This document shows, piece after piece, positions 14,628 to 29,310 of a stretch of 51,860 nucleotides of DNA (position 1 is its first letter; each line of letters opens with the position of its first letter). The notes under the pieces were generated by a model, which saw only the letters and a program-made list of their open reading frames with translations, did not search any database and was not told where the DNA came from. A program made the translations under genes and the position numbers. Source of the stretch: Geosiphon pyriformis uo1. Lineage: Eukaryota > Fungi > Glomeromycota. The DNA lies in contig JAAOMT010000183.1 of NCBI GenBank assembly GCA_016748015.1, positions 871,840 through 923,699 on the forward strand, written 5' to 3'.

Positions 14628-15403
14628 TTAGCCGTAGTTGAGCCGGAAGATATCATTAAGTACCCAGTAAGTAGAATTTTCAGGAGCGAGTTGAAAGACT
14701 TGTGTAAATCGTTGCGGGTTTGTTTCATTATCAATCTAGAAAATTATTGATAATATGAAAGGTTTTTATTTCAGAGAAATTTATAATCAAAGCGGTATTT
14801 TCAACATACCAGCAATTCACCTGTGACGACCACTAACAAGGAACTGCCATTTAGTTGAACATCAGTGGTGGTTATTGCGTGTTGAACTTTACCAAAAGGT
14901 AAGGACTGAGTTTTCATGTAAGGAAAAGATTTAACAAAAATGAAATAAACCAATTTACAATCAATCAAGAGAAAAATGTGAATTTAAGTACCAGCAATTT
15001 TTCAATAATTGAATGAGCACCCTGAAATGCATGTCCCTCAAAAGTTAACATAGAAGTTGGCCGCTATAATATGTATTCCCGAGAAGATTTGAAATTATAA
15101 AGTTTATTGATAATGAAATATATCAAATCTTGATTAGATCAAAGGGAAATTGAATAACACCGGAGTGTTGTCTGGATCAGCCAAGAGATAAAATTAAGAG
15201 AAAATTATCTTTACTCCAAATAATCCTTCGAAATAAAGTAAAAAGCCTCTCTTGCAATTAGTGGACTAAACCAAGGTTTATTTATTTTCTTAACTCATAC
15301 TTTCAAAGCAACTCACATAAAGAGCTTCCAATTGGGCCCGATCCTTCTCGAAGATTGAATAATAATATTGGATAAACTGTTTTGCAATCAAGTTAGCATC
15401 CAT
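14628..15403 (-). CDS. NTF2: Nuclear transport factor 2. Exons 15403-15317, 15063-14992, 14905-14810, 14735-14628; 120 aa
   Basis: Spliced translation MDANLIAKQFIQYYYSIFEKDRAQLEALY/RPTSMLTFEGHAFQGAHSIIEKLL/SLPFGKVQHAITTTDVQLNGSSLLVVVTGELL/IDNETNPQRFTQVFQLAPENSTYWVLNDIFRLNYG*. Shows the canonical NTF2 motifs (F..YY..FD/E.DR, SMLTFEG, LPF.KVQH, NDIFRLNYG). Three phase-0 GT..AG introns. Confidence 0.95.
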
Positions 15404-16421
15404 CTTGAAAAGGAGGAGAGCGTGGAAGTTAAAGAGTAGAATTTCTCAGTTACAAAGGTTGCTTCTAGTAAATAAAGATTTTTTTTACGATATAAAAGGT
15501 TGATCAATCAAACCACCCAGCTGTTATGCTTTACTCATTACACATGATTATTAATACATACAAAATGTAGTGATACCCAATAAAAAATAAGATGCCGGCT
15601 ATTTATTGATATGTATTTTATAGTAAAAAATTCTTAAACTTTAAAAACATAAAAATATATAATTATGTATTATATTTGTTTTTACTAATTTTAATAACTT
15701 ATATAAAAAAAACTCTGACTATAATTAAAACAAAGAGTAAAAAAACAATTAGTAATCTTTTTATTAGTAAAGCACTAACAACTATTGAAACTACTTAATA
15801 ATACTTTGTGAAAGTACTTTTTTTAAATAAAATAGTAATTAATCAATCTTTTATTATTCTTGGAATAGTTTTAATGTAATTTTTATTTTTTTCAAAAGTT
15901 TTAAAGTATTTAATAATCAAGTTATTTTTTTAGTCTTTTTTACTGCTGCTTAAATAATTAAAAAAGCCAAAATAATCAAAAAACAATTCTTTTATATCTT
16001 TGTTATATTTAATAGTAATTTTTTTGTAATATTAAAAGGTTTTTTTGGTGTTTTTGGTAGTTTTAATGTTTTAAATTTGGTTTTTTTTCTTATAAAAAAT
16101 AAAACTTGAATTTTTTTGTTAATTCTAGATTATTATATTAATTATAATGTTTAATTTTATTATAATTATAGATATAAAAAAGTTTTTTGTTTAAAATAAT
16201 AACAATAAAAACATATTAACTAATTTGAATTTAAATAAGTTTTTGGTTGTGTTTTTTAATATATTAATTTTTATTAGTTTTAAAAATAAAACAAAGCATG
16301 TTTTTATATATGTTTTTATTTAATTATACTATTAAATTTTTTGATTATAAAAATTGAATTAATTAAATAAAAACAGAATTAATTACTTTTTTTTAATTTT
16401 TAATATTGTTTTTAATAATAC

Positions 16422-17321
16422 TGTTATATATAAACTTAGTAGGATATAGTAGTAATATTTAATGCTTTGGATTTAAATAAAAAAGCTATAAAGTTTTTTT
16501 TTGATTGCATAAAAGGCATGCTAAGATTTATTAATCTTTAAAAGTTTTTGTTACATGTAAGTTTACTTATGGAGTTCTTTGGTTATAAAATACAAGAATG
16601 TATTTTGGCAGTTTACAATTGTAAATATAAGTTAATTAAACACAATTATAGGTTTTAATATTGTTTTTTTGTTTTTTTAGTAAGTTAACAAGATAAAATT
16701 AATATTTAAACTTAGTAGGAGTTTTTTTTTTACTAAATTATTATAAAATTTATTCTTAAACAGTCAATTTTTTTTGTTGTTATTTTACCAAAAAAAAACA
16801 AGAATAAAAAAAAATAATTTAATATTATTAATTGCTATAATCAAAAACAATTAATTTAAATTATTAAGATTCTAAGATTGTTTATACTAATAGCATCTAA
16901 CCTAAAACAAAGATAAGATAAATAATTGATTTAATTTCAATAACACAAATTCTGTAATCATCTACAAATAAATTAAATAATTTTTTTTATTTAATAATAA
17001 ATAAAAAAATATAGAAAAAATAAAATAAAAAGAATTTTATTAAGTTAAAACTAAGATATGTTTTAAAAGAATAGATTTTTGTCTTCTGTTTTTTTTTATT
17101 TGTTAAAACTACTTGTTTTTATACATATTTTCTAGTTTTATAAAATTGCTTTTAATTGTTTGTTATTATTAGTTATTGTTTGTTATTTTGGTTATTGCTT
17201 TATATTTTTATATTATAATTAGTTATTCTGTACTATTTTATGTTATTGTGTATTATTTTGTATTATTTTAAATTATTATATGTTATTTTAAATTATTTTG
17301 TATTATTATATGTTAATTACG
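16422..17321 (-). repeat. 3' LTR of element D
   Basis: Aligns colinearly with 27101-28030 (e.g. gctttggatt-aataaaaaagct, aacacaaattctgtaat). U3 is built of tatt(a/g)ttctg-type repeats. Confidence 0.75.
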
Positions 17322-18808
17322 TTTTTTTAATAGTTTTGAATTGGTTTTTCTATTCAGATAATATTATTTTTCTTTTTTAGAATTGAGTTTTTACAAAATT
17401 GTATATATTTGTAAAAATTGTTTTTTTGATATAATATTCAATTGTTGTGTCAAGTATTGTTTTTTATAGATCTTTAAACTGTGAATTTGTTATTCATTCT
17501 ATGTTGTTAATTGTAATAATTTTTAGTAAATTATCTAATAGTATAATTAAACAATATTTAAATATTGAATACAGTTAATATATTGCCTTATAATATAGTA
17601 TTAAGTTGTTTCTTCTAACAAATTTTTCTACTTATTTAAGAGCTTTTTTGTTAAATATTTGTTTATTAATATCTAAGTATGGTGTTTGTAAGTTTAGTTT
17701 TTTGCTAATTTTAAAGAATTAGTAAATTAATAAAAGTTTTTTTTTTCAAGCTTTGAAAATTTTTAGTGTTTAATTTTTTATGTTGGTTTTATGACTAACT
17801 TGTTCAAAGTTTTTTTGATTTTTTTAAGCATATAAAACAATATATCTTTTTTTTTCACTCTTAATTGTTGATAAGAATAAAAACACTTAGTTTTAATTAA
17901 ACTTTTGCTTATTTTTTCTTTATTTATATTTTTGTATTATATATTTTTTCTATTAATTGTAATTTCTATTGGTGTTGTGGATTATTAAATTGTTTTAAAT
18001 ATTTGTTATAAAAGTTTTAAGATTTTGTTTAAAAGATTTATGTTGCAAGTATTATTAACTTTTTTTCTTATTTTTTTGGTATTTATATATTTATTTTACA
18101 TAATTTAAATTGTTATATATAGATTGTATTTAATAATAATTATTGGTTCTAAATTTTGTAATATATTTTTTAGTTTGATTAATAAAATTTGTGTTCTTAA
18201 TTAAAGTACAAATAATAATAATTCTTGTATTGTGTAATAAATTTTCAACCAATTTCTATGTGTAACTTTTTTTAAAATTTTGTTTTCTAATCGTAATTTG
18301 TAAGCTCTATTGTTCAGAACTTTATGTATTAAAATAATCTATTTTATTTTAGATCAAACTTTTTATTTTATTGTTTCTTAGCTTTAGTATAATATAACTA
18401 CACTTGGTTTTTAATTTAAATTTAACTGATTGATCTAATAGGCAATTATGATGTCTTTTTTTCTGTTATTTTTGAGTATTATTAATATTTTTAGCTACTA
18501 TTCTACAATTGTTTTTTAATGTTTTTATGAACTAATATGTTTTTTGGTACAAGATAACTTTAAAATTTTTTTTAATAATTGTTTTTGTCAAGAAAAAAGA
18601 TATTTTTTGTTTAATAAATAGTGTGATTTTTTTTTATAAATTAGTTTGAACAGTATAAACTAGATAGTATTTTGCTTTAATATTTAGTATACAAATAATA
18701 TTAAAAATATAAATAAGTTACATTTTGCATATTTTTATAATTTATTTTTGCTAATGCTTTGTACAATGTTTGGTTAAATTGTTTTACCAGTCTATTTGTT
18801 TAAAAGTA

Positions 18809-18810
<2 letters not shown>

Positions 18811-18851
<41 letters not shown>
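18811..18851. repeat. (AAT)n microsatellite inside the element D integrase relic
   Basis: Pure ATA/AAT run. Confidence 0.9.
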
Positions 18852-21215
18852 TGTTTTATTCTAAATTATTGGCTCAGTTTGATAAGTATGCTATTAACAA
18901 AATAAGTTCTTTGGTTAAATAATAATTCTTTTAAGCATCTATATTAACAGATCAAATTTTAATGTATAAATTCAGTTATTGTTTTGGTATTTGTTATTTA
19001 AATAGCTCTAACTTCAGACTATTTGATAAAATAGTTTATAGTTACAGCAATATAACAATTTTCTTTAAAGATAATTAAGAAAAATCTAACCAAATTAATT
19101 TTAATTTTATTAAATAAATTTTTAACTGGAATGAATCAAAGTGATTATATTATTTTGGCTTCTTTTTTTTTTAGCAGAAGTTACAATTAAGAATATATTT
19201 AAAAATATTCTTATATATTATTGGCCAATAATATAAATTAATTGTTCTTTTTAAAGTAGTATTTTTATTAAAATATTTTGCTATTAAATTAAAATATATG
19301 TTAAATAAAACAATTTTTTTTTCATTATTTTTTATAACTTGTTGTAATGTATTGTAGTTTTAGTATTATTATAATTTAAGAATTTAGCAAAAAAATCATA
19401 AAATAATATAAATTATTTAATCATAATATAATATAGTAATAATCTTAAAAAAATAATAATTAACATAATAGCAAATACCATTTTATAATAATGGCCAATA
19501 ATGATTGATGATAACAGCAAACATTAGATTGAAATATCAAAAAAAAGTATTACAATATGATTTTTCTTAAAACTACAAATATATATATATATAATAGCTT
19601 TAATATTAAAAAAAACAACAAGTTATAAAACAAGTTATTTAAACAATTTATTTAACAGTTTTATTTTAATTATTTTTTAGTCTTTACTTTTAAAATAAAT
19701 ATTTACAAAAATCTTTAATTAAAAAAAAATGAAAGAAAATATTGAAAACTAAATTATTATAATTCAAAGTACAAAAAAACTTATTTGTATTATTTATTAA
19801 TAAAACTATTATTTATTAGCTGAATTTTTTGGAAGAAAAATCTCTGATCAAAATTATTTATGTTGTTACTAATTAATAAAAGCTTTATTGTAAGAATTAA
19901 GAAAAACATTAAAGATTATTAATATTTTATGTTTTAAGATTAGAGAAACACATTAGACAATTACAAAAATAGCTTTAGAAAAAATCTTAAACAATAAGTA
20001 GATTTCAGTTTAGCCTTCAAGAAAAAATACATAAAAACATACACAACAATTAAAATTGAAAAATAACTTATATTATAACATCAAAAAAAATATTATCACA
20101 CAAATAGAATTAAAAAACTTATAAAAAACTAATTGTAATTTAAATAAGATATTAACAATTAAAATAACCAAGAAAATCATTTTATAATAGTATTCTTAAT
20201 AATATAATTAGTTGTTTTACAGAAAGTAGTTTTAAGCTTGTTTCTATATAGTATTTTGTTTTTGTTAAAACAATTTTTTCTTAAATTAAAGTGTTAACAG
20301 ATATTAGTATAGTAATTAGTAGATGGCTGTATTTATTGATCTAAAATTAGATTTAAGTTATTCTTAACAAACTATTAGTATTGGTGTTTTTAATTTTTTT
20401 TTTATAATATACTTTGTATAAAAATTGCTATAAATAAGTATTTTATCTTAAATATTTTTTTTTGAGTTGTAGTTTGCTAAATAACTAAATAAGTTCTTTG
20501 TAATCAGTATATAAGTCAAATAGTTGACAAAAATAGTGTCTTTAGTTTTGTATAACTCAGTAAATAACAAGATATTTTAAATCAGTAATACTATATATTT
20601 TCTTAGTAATACTAGTATTATAACTAATATAAACAATTAAATATTCTTGATTGTCAGATTTAATTTGTAATAAAATAATTTTTAATGTATTTTTAAAATG
20701 TTTGTAACAATAATAAAACATTTATTAAAATTCAGATAAATTAAGATTGGTGTTTCTATAAGTTATTATTTAAGATAATTAAAAATCTTTTGCTAATTAG
20801 TCTTTTATAAATATAAAATATGTTTTAACAATAGATAATAAAAAGATTTAACAATATTAAAAAAGCTTTTAACAAATTAATAATAGTATTTAATCAGTCT
20901 TAAAATTTTTTTTAGTTTTTATAGATTAGTTAAAACAGAAAAATTCTTAACTTTTTAAATTTTGTCAAGATCTGATTTTATTTCGTTTTTTCTAATAACA
21001 TGTTTCAGAAATTTTAGCTTGGTTTTTTCAAAAAAACATTTGTTAAAGTTAAGTTTTAGTTTTAAATTCCAGAAAAAATTAAAAACTTGTTGAAAATAAT
21101 GCAGATAATTATTGAAGATTTTAGAAAATATATTCGTATTATCTAAGTATACTATAACTGATTTTCAAAGCATTTTTTTGTACATAATATTCATAAAACA
21201 TTAAAAAATAGCTGG

Positions 21216-22107
21216 TGTTACAGGTGATTATTTCTGCTGTTAAATTAAATAACAACTTGTAACTTGGTACTCAAAAGCTAATTCCGTTAAGGATGTTCTA
21301 TAAGGGTTGTATCTGAAAGTTTTGATGGAGTTCTTTGTATAACGAACAGAGATTCAATAGTGTTGATAGTAGATGTATCTTTCCAAGAGTTTTTCTAATT
21401 TTTTTCTCAGTGTGGTGGCCGGATTTAGTCTGGCAGTCGTGCTCTTCTGGTAAGCTATCTGATAATATATAAAATCTTACCCTTATTTCTGGGTTTTTTA
21501 CCAGGCTATTCTTGACGTCAATACTTCAGCACTTAATTTTTAATCAATTAGTATACAACAACAAAATCAAAAAAATAAAGAAAATAAAATAAAGAAAATA
21601 AAAAATAAAATAAAGAAATTAGAGAAAATAAGCCAAGGCAATTTGGTACATTAGTATCTTGTCAATAGCTGTGATCAAGAACTATTGTTCCAGTGTGGTT
21701 AAGTATCAATTACTATCAACATGAAGTGTTGATAGTGAAGAATGGGTTGAAATATGGAATAATTATTTATTTGATTGGAAACTGAAATGTTGCTTAGATT
21801 AAATCTAAACTGAGAAGTCTGTCTTTTCAACTTCTAAGCCTACTGCTATATATACATAATTGAGATTCCTCAATTCCTCAATTCTTTGTGACAGGAATCC
21901 TGGAATTCCTGGAATCCTGCAATTCTTGATGAGAGGAATTCTGGAATTTTGGAATCCTGCAATTCCTTGTTGGAGAATCCTAAAATTCCTGGAATCCTGC
22001 AATTCCTCTAAGAGGAATTCTGGAATTCCACATTTACTATATCTACTTTTAATTGGCTAATATTTATTGATTAATAATATTATATTTCTTATATTCTATG
22101 AGTAACA
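21216..22107 (-). mobile_element. Solo LTR (A-family, GGAATTCCAGGA-type U3) inserted into element D RT, 4-bp TSD CTGG
   Basis: Ends read TGTTACTCAT...ACCTGTAACA on the - strand and are homologous to 39369-40250. CTGG flanks it at 21212-21215 and 22108-22111. Removing the LTR and one TSD restores the RT frame aat-att-cca-gct-att-ttt (NAPATF-like). Confidence 0.9.
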
Positions 22108-23450
22108 CTGGAATATTACAGAGTTTAAAAAACATTATATTGAATTTAAAATTTTTATTTTGAATGGTGAACAATATTTTTTCTTTGTTTAAGAAATTTA
22201 TCTTAATTTGTTAATATCTATTGGCTAAATCTAAAAATAAAAACTATTTTTTATTTTCTAATTATTCAAAATTTTCTGAATAAAAGAAATTAAATAATTA
22301 TTTTCTCGAGTTATATTGTTAAGTTTTCAATAATCCATACAGAAATAAATTTTTTCATTCTTTTTAATAATTAATATAACAGATTAAAACCAAAAACTTA
22401 GCAATTTTTTGATTAATCTATTATTTAACATTTATTATTAATCAAGTTGTTACTAGTTAAAGTCACTTAGTAAACTTATTATTTAATAAGTTTGGCATCT
22501 TTTGTATTGATTTTATGCTTTACAATATTTGTATATCTGAATTCATTTTTATTAACAAAGATATTAATGTATTGATTCAAAAAAACTTTAAATTGTATTT
22601 GCTATAGAATACTTAAATTTTCCAAGTTCAGTTTATTAATTTTTTTTGTCATAAATAAGTAGCTTTTTTTAGCAGATTCTATACTTGTAACATAATATTA
22701 CAAAATAAAAACAGTTGTGCAAAGTTAGAAATAAATTGGGGTTTTTTAAAATTCTAAATGTTCAAAAAATAGAACCAATAAGAATTTTTTTGAAAATTTT
22801 AATAATATTTTTGGTACAATTGTAAATAAAAATTTTGAAATATTTGTAAACTTTAACAGATATATACAAATTTGCAATATTGGCTAAAAAACAAATTTTC
22901 AGAGCTGTTTTAAATAATAAGACTTGATCTTAAATTTTTTGATTAATTTTCAGAATATATTGTTAATATAAAAAAATAAAAATAATAGTATTAATGTAAA
23001 TAAATTCTATCTTGTTATTAGTATCTTCTATAAAATTAATTTGTATATTTTTTTTTCTATTTAACCCAAATCCTTGGATTTTTTGAGCAATAAAAGTTAA
23101 TTTTTTTGGCATAATTACCAAAATCAGTTAAAAAATTTTTATAAAAGATAAAAAAATAACTTGTATAATTTTTTTTTGAAATTTAATCATATAAAGTTTA
23201 TTAGAATTGTTTTAAAATATTATAATTATATTTTTAATATATCTAACATTAATTATTTCTTTTTTAATATTAATTGTTTTGTTTGTAAGACTAAATTAAA
23301 ATACAATTTAGACTATAATACTAATAAAAATTTCTAAAGTTAATTTTAAATCTATTTTTATAAAAAAATAGAGAACTATAACTATAGAAGAATGTTTAGA
23401 ATATCTTAAATCAAATTCAATATTATTTGCATATGCTTTTTCAGAGCATA

Positions 23451-23452
<2 letters not shown>

Positions 23453-23513
<61 letters not shown>
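23453..23513. repeat. (ATT)n microsatellite just upstream of the element D dUTPase relic
   Basis: Pure ATT run of about 20 units. Confidence 0.9.
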
Positions 23514-23514
<1 letters not shown>

Positions 23515-26500
23515 CCACTTTAGTTTTAATTTCTTAAAAAGATTAGAATAAATAAGATATTATTTTATTTTGGTAGTTATACTTAACTCTTAAAATATTA
23601 TGTTCTTAGTTGCTAATATATACTTTTTTCTCAGAGTTTTCAAGTTCAGAAATAGGATAAAGTGTTTGTAAAGATTAATTAAACAAAATATTATGCTTAT
23701 TACAGTATTGAAAATGACAAAAAATTAAATAATAATTGTATAGTTTTGTATTAAGATCAGCCAGTTTTTGTTCTTGTTTTTTTAGGTAAAAACAAGTTTT
23801 TAATACTGGTCTTAGAATACTTTGAAGTCATTAGTAAATAGATTATTTATTTTTTTTATGGTTATTAAAGCATTTTTTATGGTATGTATATTTTGATTAT
23901 AGTATTTTTTTACTTTATAGTAGCTATTTTCCAAATTTTTTCTTTATTATAAAGATATAAATTTAGTCAGTTTATTGTTTGATTATAGACTACAATAAAA
24001 AGAGTTTTTTTTTTGGTCCAGTTATTAATTAGAATAGTATACTAACAGAATTTGTTATATGTTTCTTTTTTGCCAAAAATATTATTTCATAATTTTTTAT
24101 TTAGTAAGATTTTACCACATATAAAACATGACATATTGTTCTATTTGTCTTGCTATTTTAGTTATTCAAATTGTTTTAATACATAAAAACAGTAATAATA
24201 TCTGATAATAATTGGCTATACTTTATTATTTTCAATACATATATTAATTAAAGATAACTTTTTTTCACAATTAACACAAATTAATTTTAAAAGCTAATAT
24301 AATTGATTTTTTTAATTTAAGATTAAGTAGACTAATATTAATGTTTAAAGTTTTTTATTTGCTCTTTTTTGTTTGTTTTTTTATATAAAAGATAGTAATA
24401 ATTTTATTCTAAAATCATCAGCCCAAGAAACTTAATAAGTTTCTAAAATTGGCTAAAGAATGAGTTTTTTAAATTTAATAGAGGTTGTTTTAAGATTATT
24501 ATTCTAAAATATTTACACATGATAAGTATTTTAGCATATTGTCTATTAAATATAATCTGAAGTTTCTGGATGTTTTAGTTAAGTGTGGCATAAGTTTTAA
24601 TTAACCAATTATTTTCTATAAGAATTTGATATTAAAAAATTTTTATAATAAGTATTTTAATTAGAATTTTAATTTTGTTAATTTTAAAGAGGAAATAATC
24701 AATTTCTTTTATTAATGTTTTAGTATTTTTATCTATAGCAATTATTCCAACAGTGGTTACACAATTTACTTGGTAACTTAATTAATTTATAAGTTGTTTC
24801 ATAATTATGTTGTCTATTAATTTACTTTAAATATCAGTTTAATGTTTATTTGTTTTACTTTAATATTAATATATATTGTTATAATTGATTTTTTTTGTTT
24901 AATAATAGTTTTACTAAAAAAAATTAACAGAATTTAGATTGTTAATATTAAATAAAAATATGATAACAAATATATTATTTTTAATAATTACAGCAGAGAG
25001 AATTATATTAAAAATGACTTAATTATTGTTAAGAAAAAAAATTTGGTAATTTTAATTACAGCTTTTTTTTCTAAAAATACAACATTATCAAAATCTGAAA
25101 TTTTTATAAAACCAAAATATAAAATCTGGTTTGAATATTCTGTTAAGATTGTTCAGAATGGTAGTTTGCTATAATTTATAGTTTAAAGCAATATTATAAT
25201 AGATTAAGTTTAGTTTTCATTATTGCTTTACTATTTTTAATTATAATTAATAACTTGAAGTTTTAAGTTACTATATAACAAAACTTAATATCTATAATAT
25301 TGCTTATAGATATTAATAATAATTCTGTGGTGGTTAAAAAAAGTATTGAAATTGTTAATATGAAAACAAAGAATATTGGAATTTTAGAAATTGTGAATAT
25401 CTAGATTGTTGTTAATATTGGTTTTTATGATTCTAATCTAATAGCTTTTTGTAACAATTTTTTGTAATATAATCAGATTTTTGACAATAGTAACAATTAT
25501 AGAAATCTTGTTTTTAAAGTTGCTATTGTTGTTGACAATATTATTATTGCTGGTATTTGTTGGTATTTTTTTATATTGTAGTAGCTAATAAGTTTTTGTA
25601 CTTTTAATAAAAGATTTTTTAATTTTTTGAGTCAATTTTTTACTTAATTAAATAAATTTTATGTTAATATCAAAGGTTTTATTTATAACTAAATTGACAG
25701 TTTGAGTATAGTTGGCTTCTTGTTTTATTAATTCAAAATTACAAACAAGTATTACTGCCTTTTATAAGTTGTCAAAATATTAAAATCTAATAGATTAGAA
25801 AATACTATTCTTTAATCTCTTAATAAATTGGTTAAAAACTTGATCTAAAGTGTAATAGTCTTTTTTAATTACTTAAATTTGGCAAAGAGTTTGATTGAAT
25901 TTCCAAAATAAGTAATTACAGTTTTATAATCTTTTTGTTTTATCATACTAAATTAATTTTGTAATTTAATAAATGTATTTAGATTACAGAAGTACTGTAA
26001 AAAAGCAAGTTTAAAAATGGCAAAGTCAATTAATTTTTCATTAAGATTTGGTATTATAAGTTTGCAGTTTTAATTAAAAAAAAGAATAGAACTTGAATTA
26101 TTCTGGTCTTGTTTTAATTATTAGCTTTAATTGCTTTTTTAGCTTTTGCAATTTATGTATATATATTGTTTTCTTTATTAGAAAAAATTTTCAGTTTAAT
26201 AATGTTTTTGTAAGTTATAATTTAAGTAATGAAAATTTGTTTAGATATAAACAAAAAAGATGTTAACAAAAATATATTTGGTTGCTTTATTAATTTAAAA
26301 CTGGTTGTTTTTTTTTGTTGGTTGCTTTAATAAGTCATAATATAGATATTTTTTTTAAGAAAGTAATTATTAATTTGGTTAGTAATTAGACTAAAAGTAT
26401 TGTTTAAGAAAAAGTGCTTTTATCTGAATTACTGATTATTGGGATAAAATTTTCAAACAAGAATCTATATTTTTTTAAGATTTAATCTAAAAGTTTTAGT

Positions 26501-27100
26501 TAGAGTCTTAAAAGTACAGATTTTTATAAGTTTTTAAAGTTTTTAATTGTGATTTAGTGGATTAATTAAATAAATTTTGCTTTTTGAAGTTTAATAATAT
26601 AAGAGAATTATTGATAAAAAAAATCTTGATTTTTATTAATTGTAGATAGAATTTTTTTCTGTGCAGTTTGTATATTATTATTGAAATCAAATTTAGATTC
26701 TTAAGAGTTAAGTTTTAATATTTGTTTTTTTTTAATTAGATGTACTACTTTTGTGTATATAACTTGATTTTTTTGTTAATTAAAAAAAGAGTTTTAGCTA
26801 TGGCTTTTGTAATAGTTGAAATTAAATATGCTAATAATTGTTGGTAATTTTGTTCTTTAAGTTTTTCTATATCTGTTGTTTAACTTAATAAATAGTCAAT
26901 CTTAGCATATACATAATAAATAAAATTGTTTTCAACAGTAATAATCTTTATTAATATTCTTAAGTTTTTTATAAAGTAATAATATAATACTTTTTTGAAT
27001 GATAAGTAATCTTTTTTAATAGTTTTAATAATTACTATTTTTGTAAATTTTTGAAGTATTTTGTCTTTATAAATTTTATAATTTTATAAAAAGCACCAAA

Positions 27101-28887
27101 TATTACAAATAAACTTGATGAAGTATGATAATAATGTTTAGTGCTTTGGATTTGAATAAAAAAGCTGTAAAGTTTTCTTTAATTGCATAAAAGACATGCT
27201 GGAGTTTATCAGTCTTTAAAAATTTTTGCTATATATAAATTTACTTATAAAGTTCTTTAATTATAAGACACAAAAATGTGTTTTAATAGTTTATAGTTAT
27301 GAATATAAGCTATTTTTTCCGAGCTAGTTAAGCACAATTACTAAGATTTAGTGTTGTTTTTTTGCTTTTCTAATAAATTAACAAAATAAAATTAATATCT
27401 AAATTTAGAAAAAATTTTCCTTTTTTATTAAATTATTATAAAGTTTATTCTCAAACAGTTGATTTTTTTTGTTACTATTTCATAAAAAAACAAAAAAAAA
27501 ACAAAAATAAAATAGAATAAGAAAAAAAAAATATTAATATTATCAATTACTATAATTAAAAACAATTGGTTAATAATATTTGGCCTAAAACAAAGATAAA
27601 AAAAATAATTAATTTAATTTTAACAACACAAATTCTGTAATTATGTATAGGTAGATTGAATAATTTTTTTTATTTAATAGTAAATAAAAGAATATAGAAA
27701 AAATAAGATAAAAAAAGTTTTATTAAGTTAAAGTTAAAATATGTTTTTAAAAAAATGAGTTTTTATTTTTTATTTTTTATTTATTTATTAAAACTATTTG
27801 TTTTATAGATATTTTTTAGTTTTACAAGATTGTTTTTAATTATTTGTTATTACTAGCTATTGCTTATTATTTCTGTTATTGCTTTGTTTTTTATACTATA
27901 ATTAGCTATTCTATGTTATGATTAGTTATTTTGTATTATTTTATATTATTGTATATTATTTTGTATTATCTTAAGTTATTATATGTTATTCTGTATTATT
28001 TTGTATTATTATATTTTTTTATATTATTATTGTTACTCATAGAAAAGTAAAAATTATAATAAATAGAAAAATAACTAATAAAAAATCAGTGTAGTATAAA
28101 AAAAATCCCAAGATTTTTTTCAAGAAATTTTAGAATTTTTTTTAAGGAATTACAAAATTTTAGCATTTCAAAATTCTTCTTAAAAAATTAAAGAATTTCA
28201 AAAAATCTTATATAACAAAAAAGATATATATATAGCAGTAATATTAAAAGCAAAAAAAGGAGTCAATTAAATTTAAACAAATTCCAACCAACAAAATAAT
28301 TAAATATCTTTCTTTAAAATTTAATTTTTTATATTTTTGAAGTAAAATTATTCAAATATTAAATAAAATTATTGTTTTTCATCCAATTTATATGATTTAT
28401 ATTATTAGATTAACATTATTATTTCTCAACTCAATCAGTAATTCATATTAATAATATTTATTACTTAATCATACTACAACAATAGCTTTTGATTGTGGCT
28501 ATTAACAAAATACTAATTTTTTATTTTTTTTATCTTGTTTTATTTTTTTGTTGTTTACTAATTAATTAAAAGATTAAATACTAAAATATTGACATCAAGA
28601 ATAGCTTAGTAAAAAATCTGTAAAACAAAAATAACAAACTCAGAAAAAAAATAGCTTATCAGAAGAGCATAACTGCTAAATTAAACCAATTACTATATTA
28701 AAAACAGAAATTGGAAAAAAATCATTAATTAAATTTCTGTTTATTATATAAACAGCTTAATTAAATCTTTCAAATTACGAAAACTTTTAAAAATTAATAT
28801 TATTAACAGTTATTAAGCACAAGTTACAAGTTTGTTATTTATTTTAACATTCTAAATAATTATTTGTAATATTATATATTAATCACA
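27101..28887 (-). repeat. 5' LTR of element D, interrupted by the solo LTR at 28031-28871
   Basis: Adjacent to the PBS. The terminal 16 bp (ttatatattaatcaca, TG start on the - strand) resume after the inserted solo LTR and match 17306-17321. Confidence 0.7.
28031..28871 (+). mobile_element. Degraded solo LTR (A-family), probable 4-bp TSD TTAT
   Basis: Starts tgttactcat. Contains tatatatagcagta, tattgacatcaagaatagc and atagcttatcagaagagc. Ends tgtaata. Flanked by ttat on both sides (low complexity). Confidence 0.7.
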
Positions 28888-29310
28888 TTTTTTTAATAAT
28901 TTTAAATTGGTTTTTTTACTTGAATAATATTGTGTTTTGTTGTTGTATTAGATATTTTGTTGTTTTTAACAATAAAAAATATTAATAAAAAAATTTAACA
29001 GTTCTTTTTATAACTTGAATTATAAAGAAGAAAAAATTTTAATTTACTAATCTTAGTATTAGTAAATATTATAATAAAAAAATTAAAGAACATATTTTCT
29101 AACTTTTTTTAAAATTATAATCTAATTTTTTTATTTTATTTTATCTAATTAACTTTTTATTATTCTGTTTTTTTTAGTTAAAAAGCTATTATATATATAT
29201 ATATTTCAAGTTATATATAATTGTGCTTATTTTAACTAATTAGTAAATAATTGTTAAGCTATTGGATTTTTTATTTAATTGTAAATGTCTTTTGATTTAC
29301 TTGTTTATAA

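Larger units (their letters stand above)
16422..28887 (-). mobile_element. Element D: heavily hypermutated Ty3/Gypsy LTR retrotransposon relic
   Basis: Direct ~900-bp repeats at 16422-17321 and 27101-28030 (+28872-28887). Minus-strand PBS tggtgctt at ~27098-27091. Ghost motifs for dUTPase (~23050-23450), RT (VYLD-N, NAPATF ~21100-22250) and integrase (KELLSDQGTHFVN-like ~18900, QTNGLVERFN-like ~18790). Confidence 0.8.

Noticed and set aside
21805-22060. ORFs in GGAATTCC repeats (also 39437-39664), and the possibility of a CRISPR-like array
   Set aside because: These are LTR U3 tandem repeats with no unique spacers. The ORFs are by-products of the repeat, and the context is eukaryotic.
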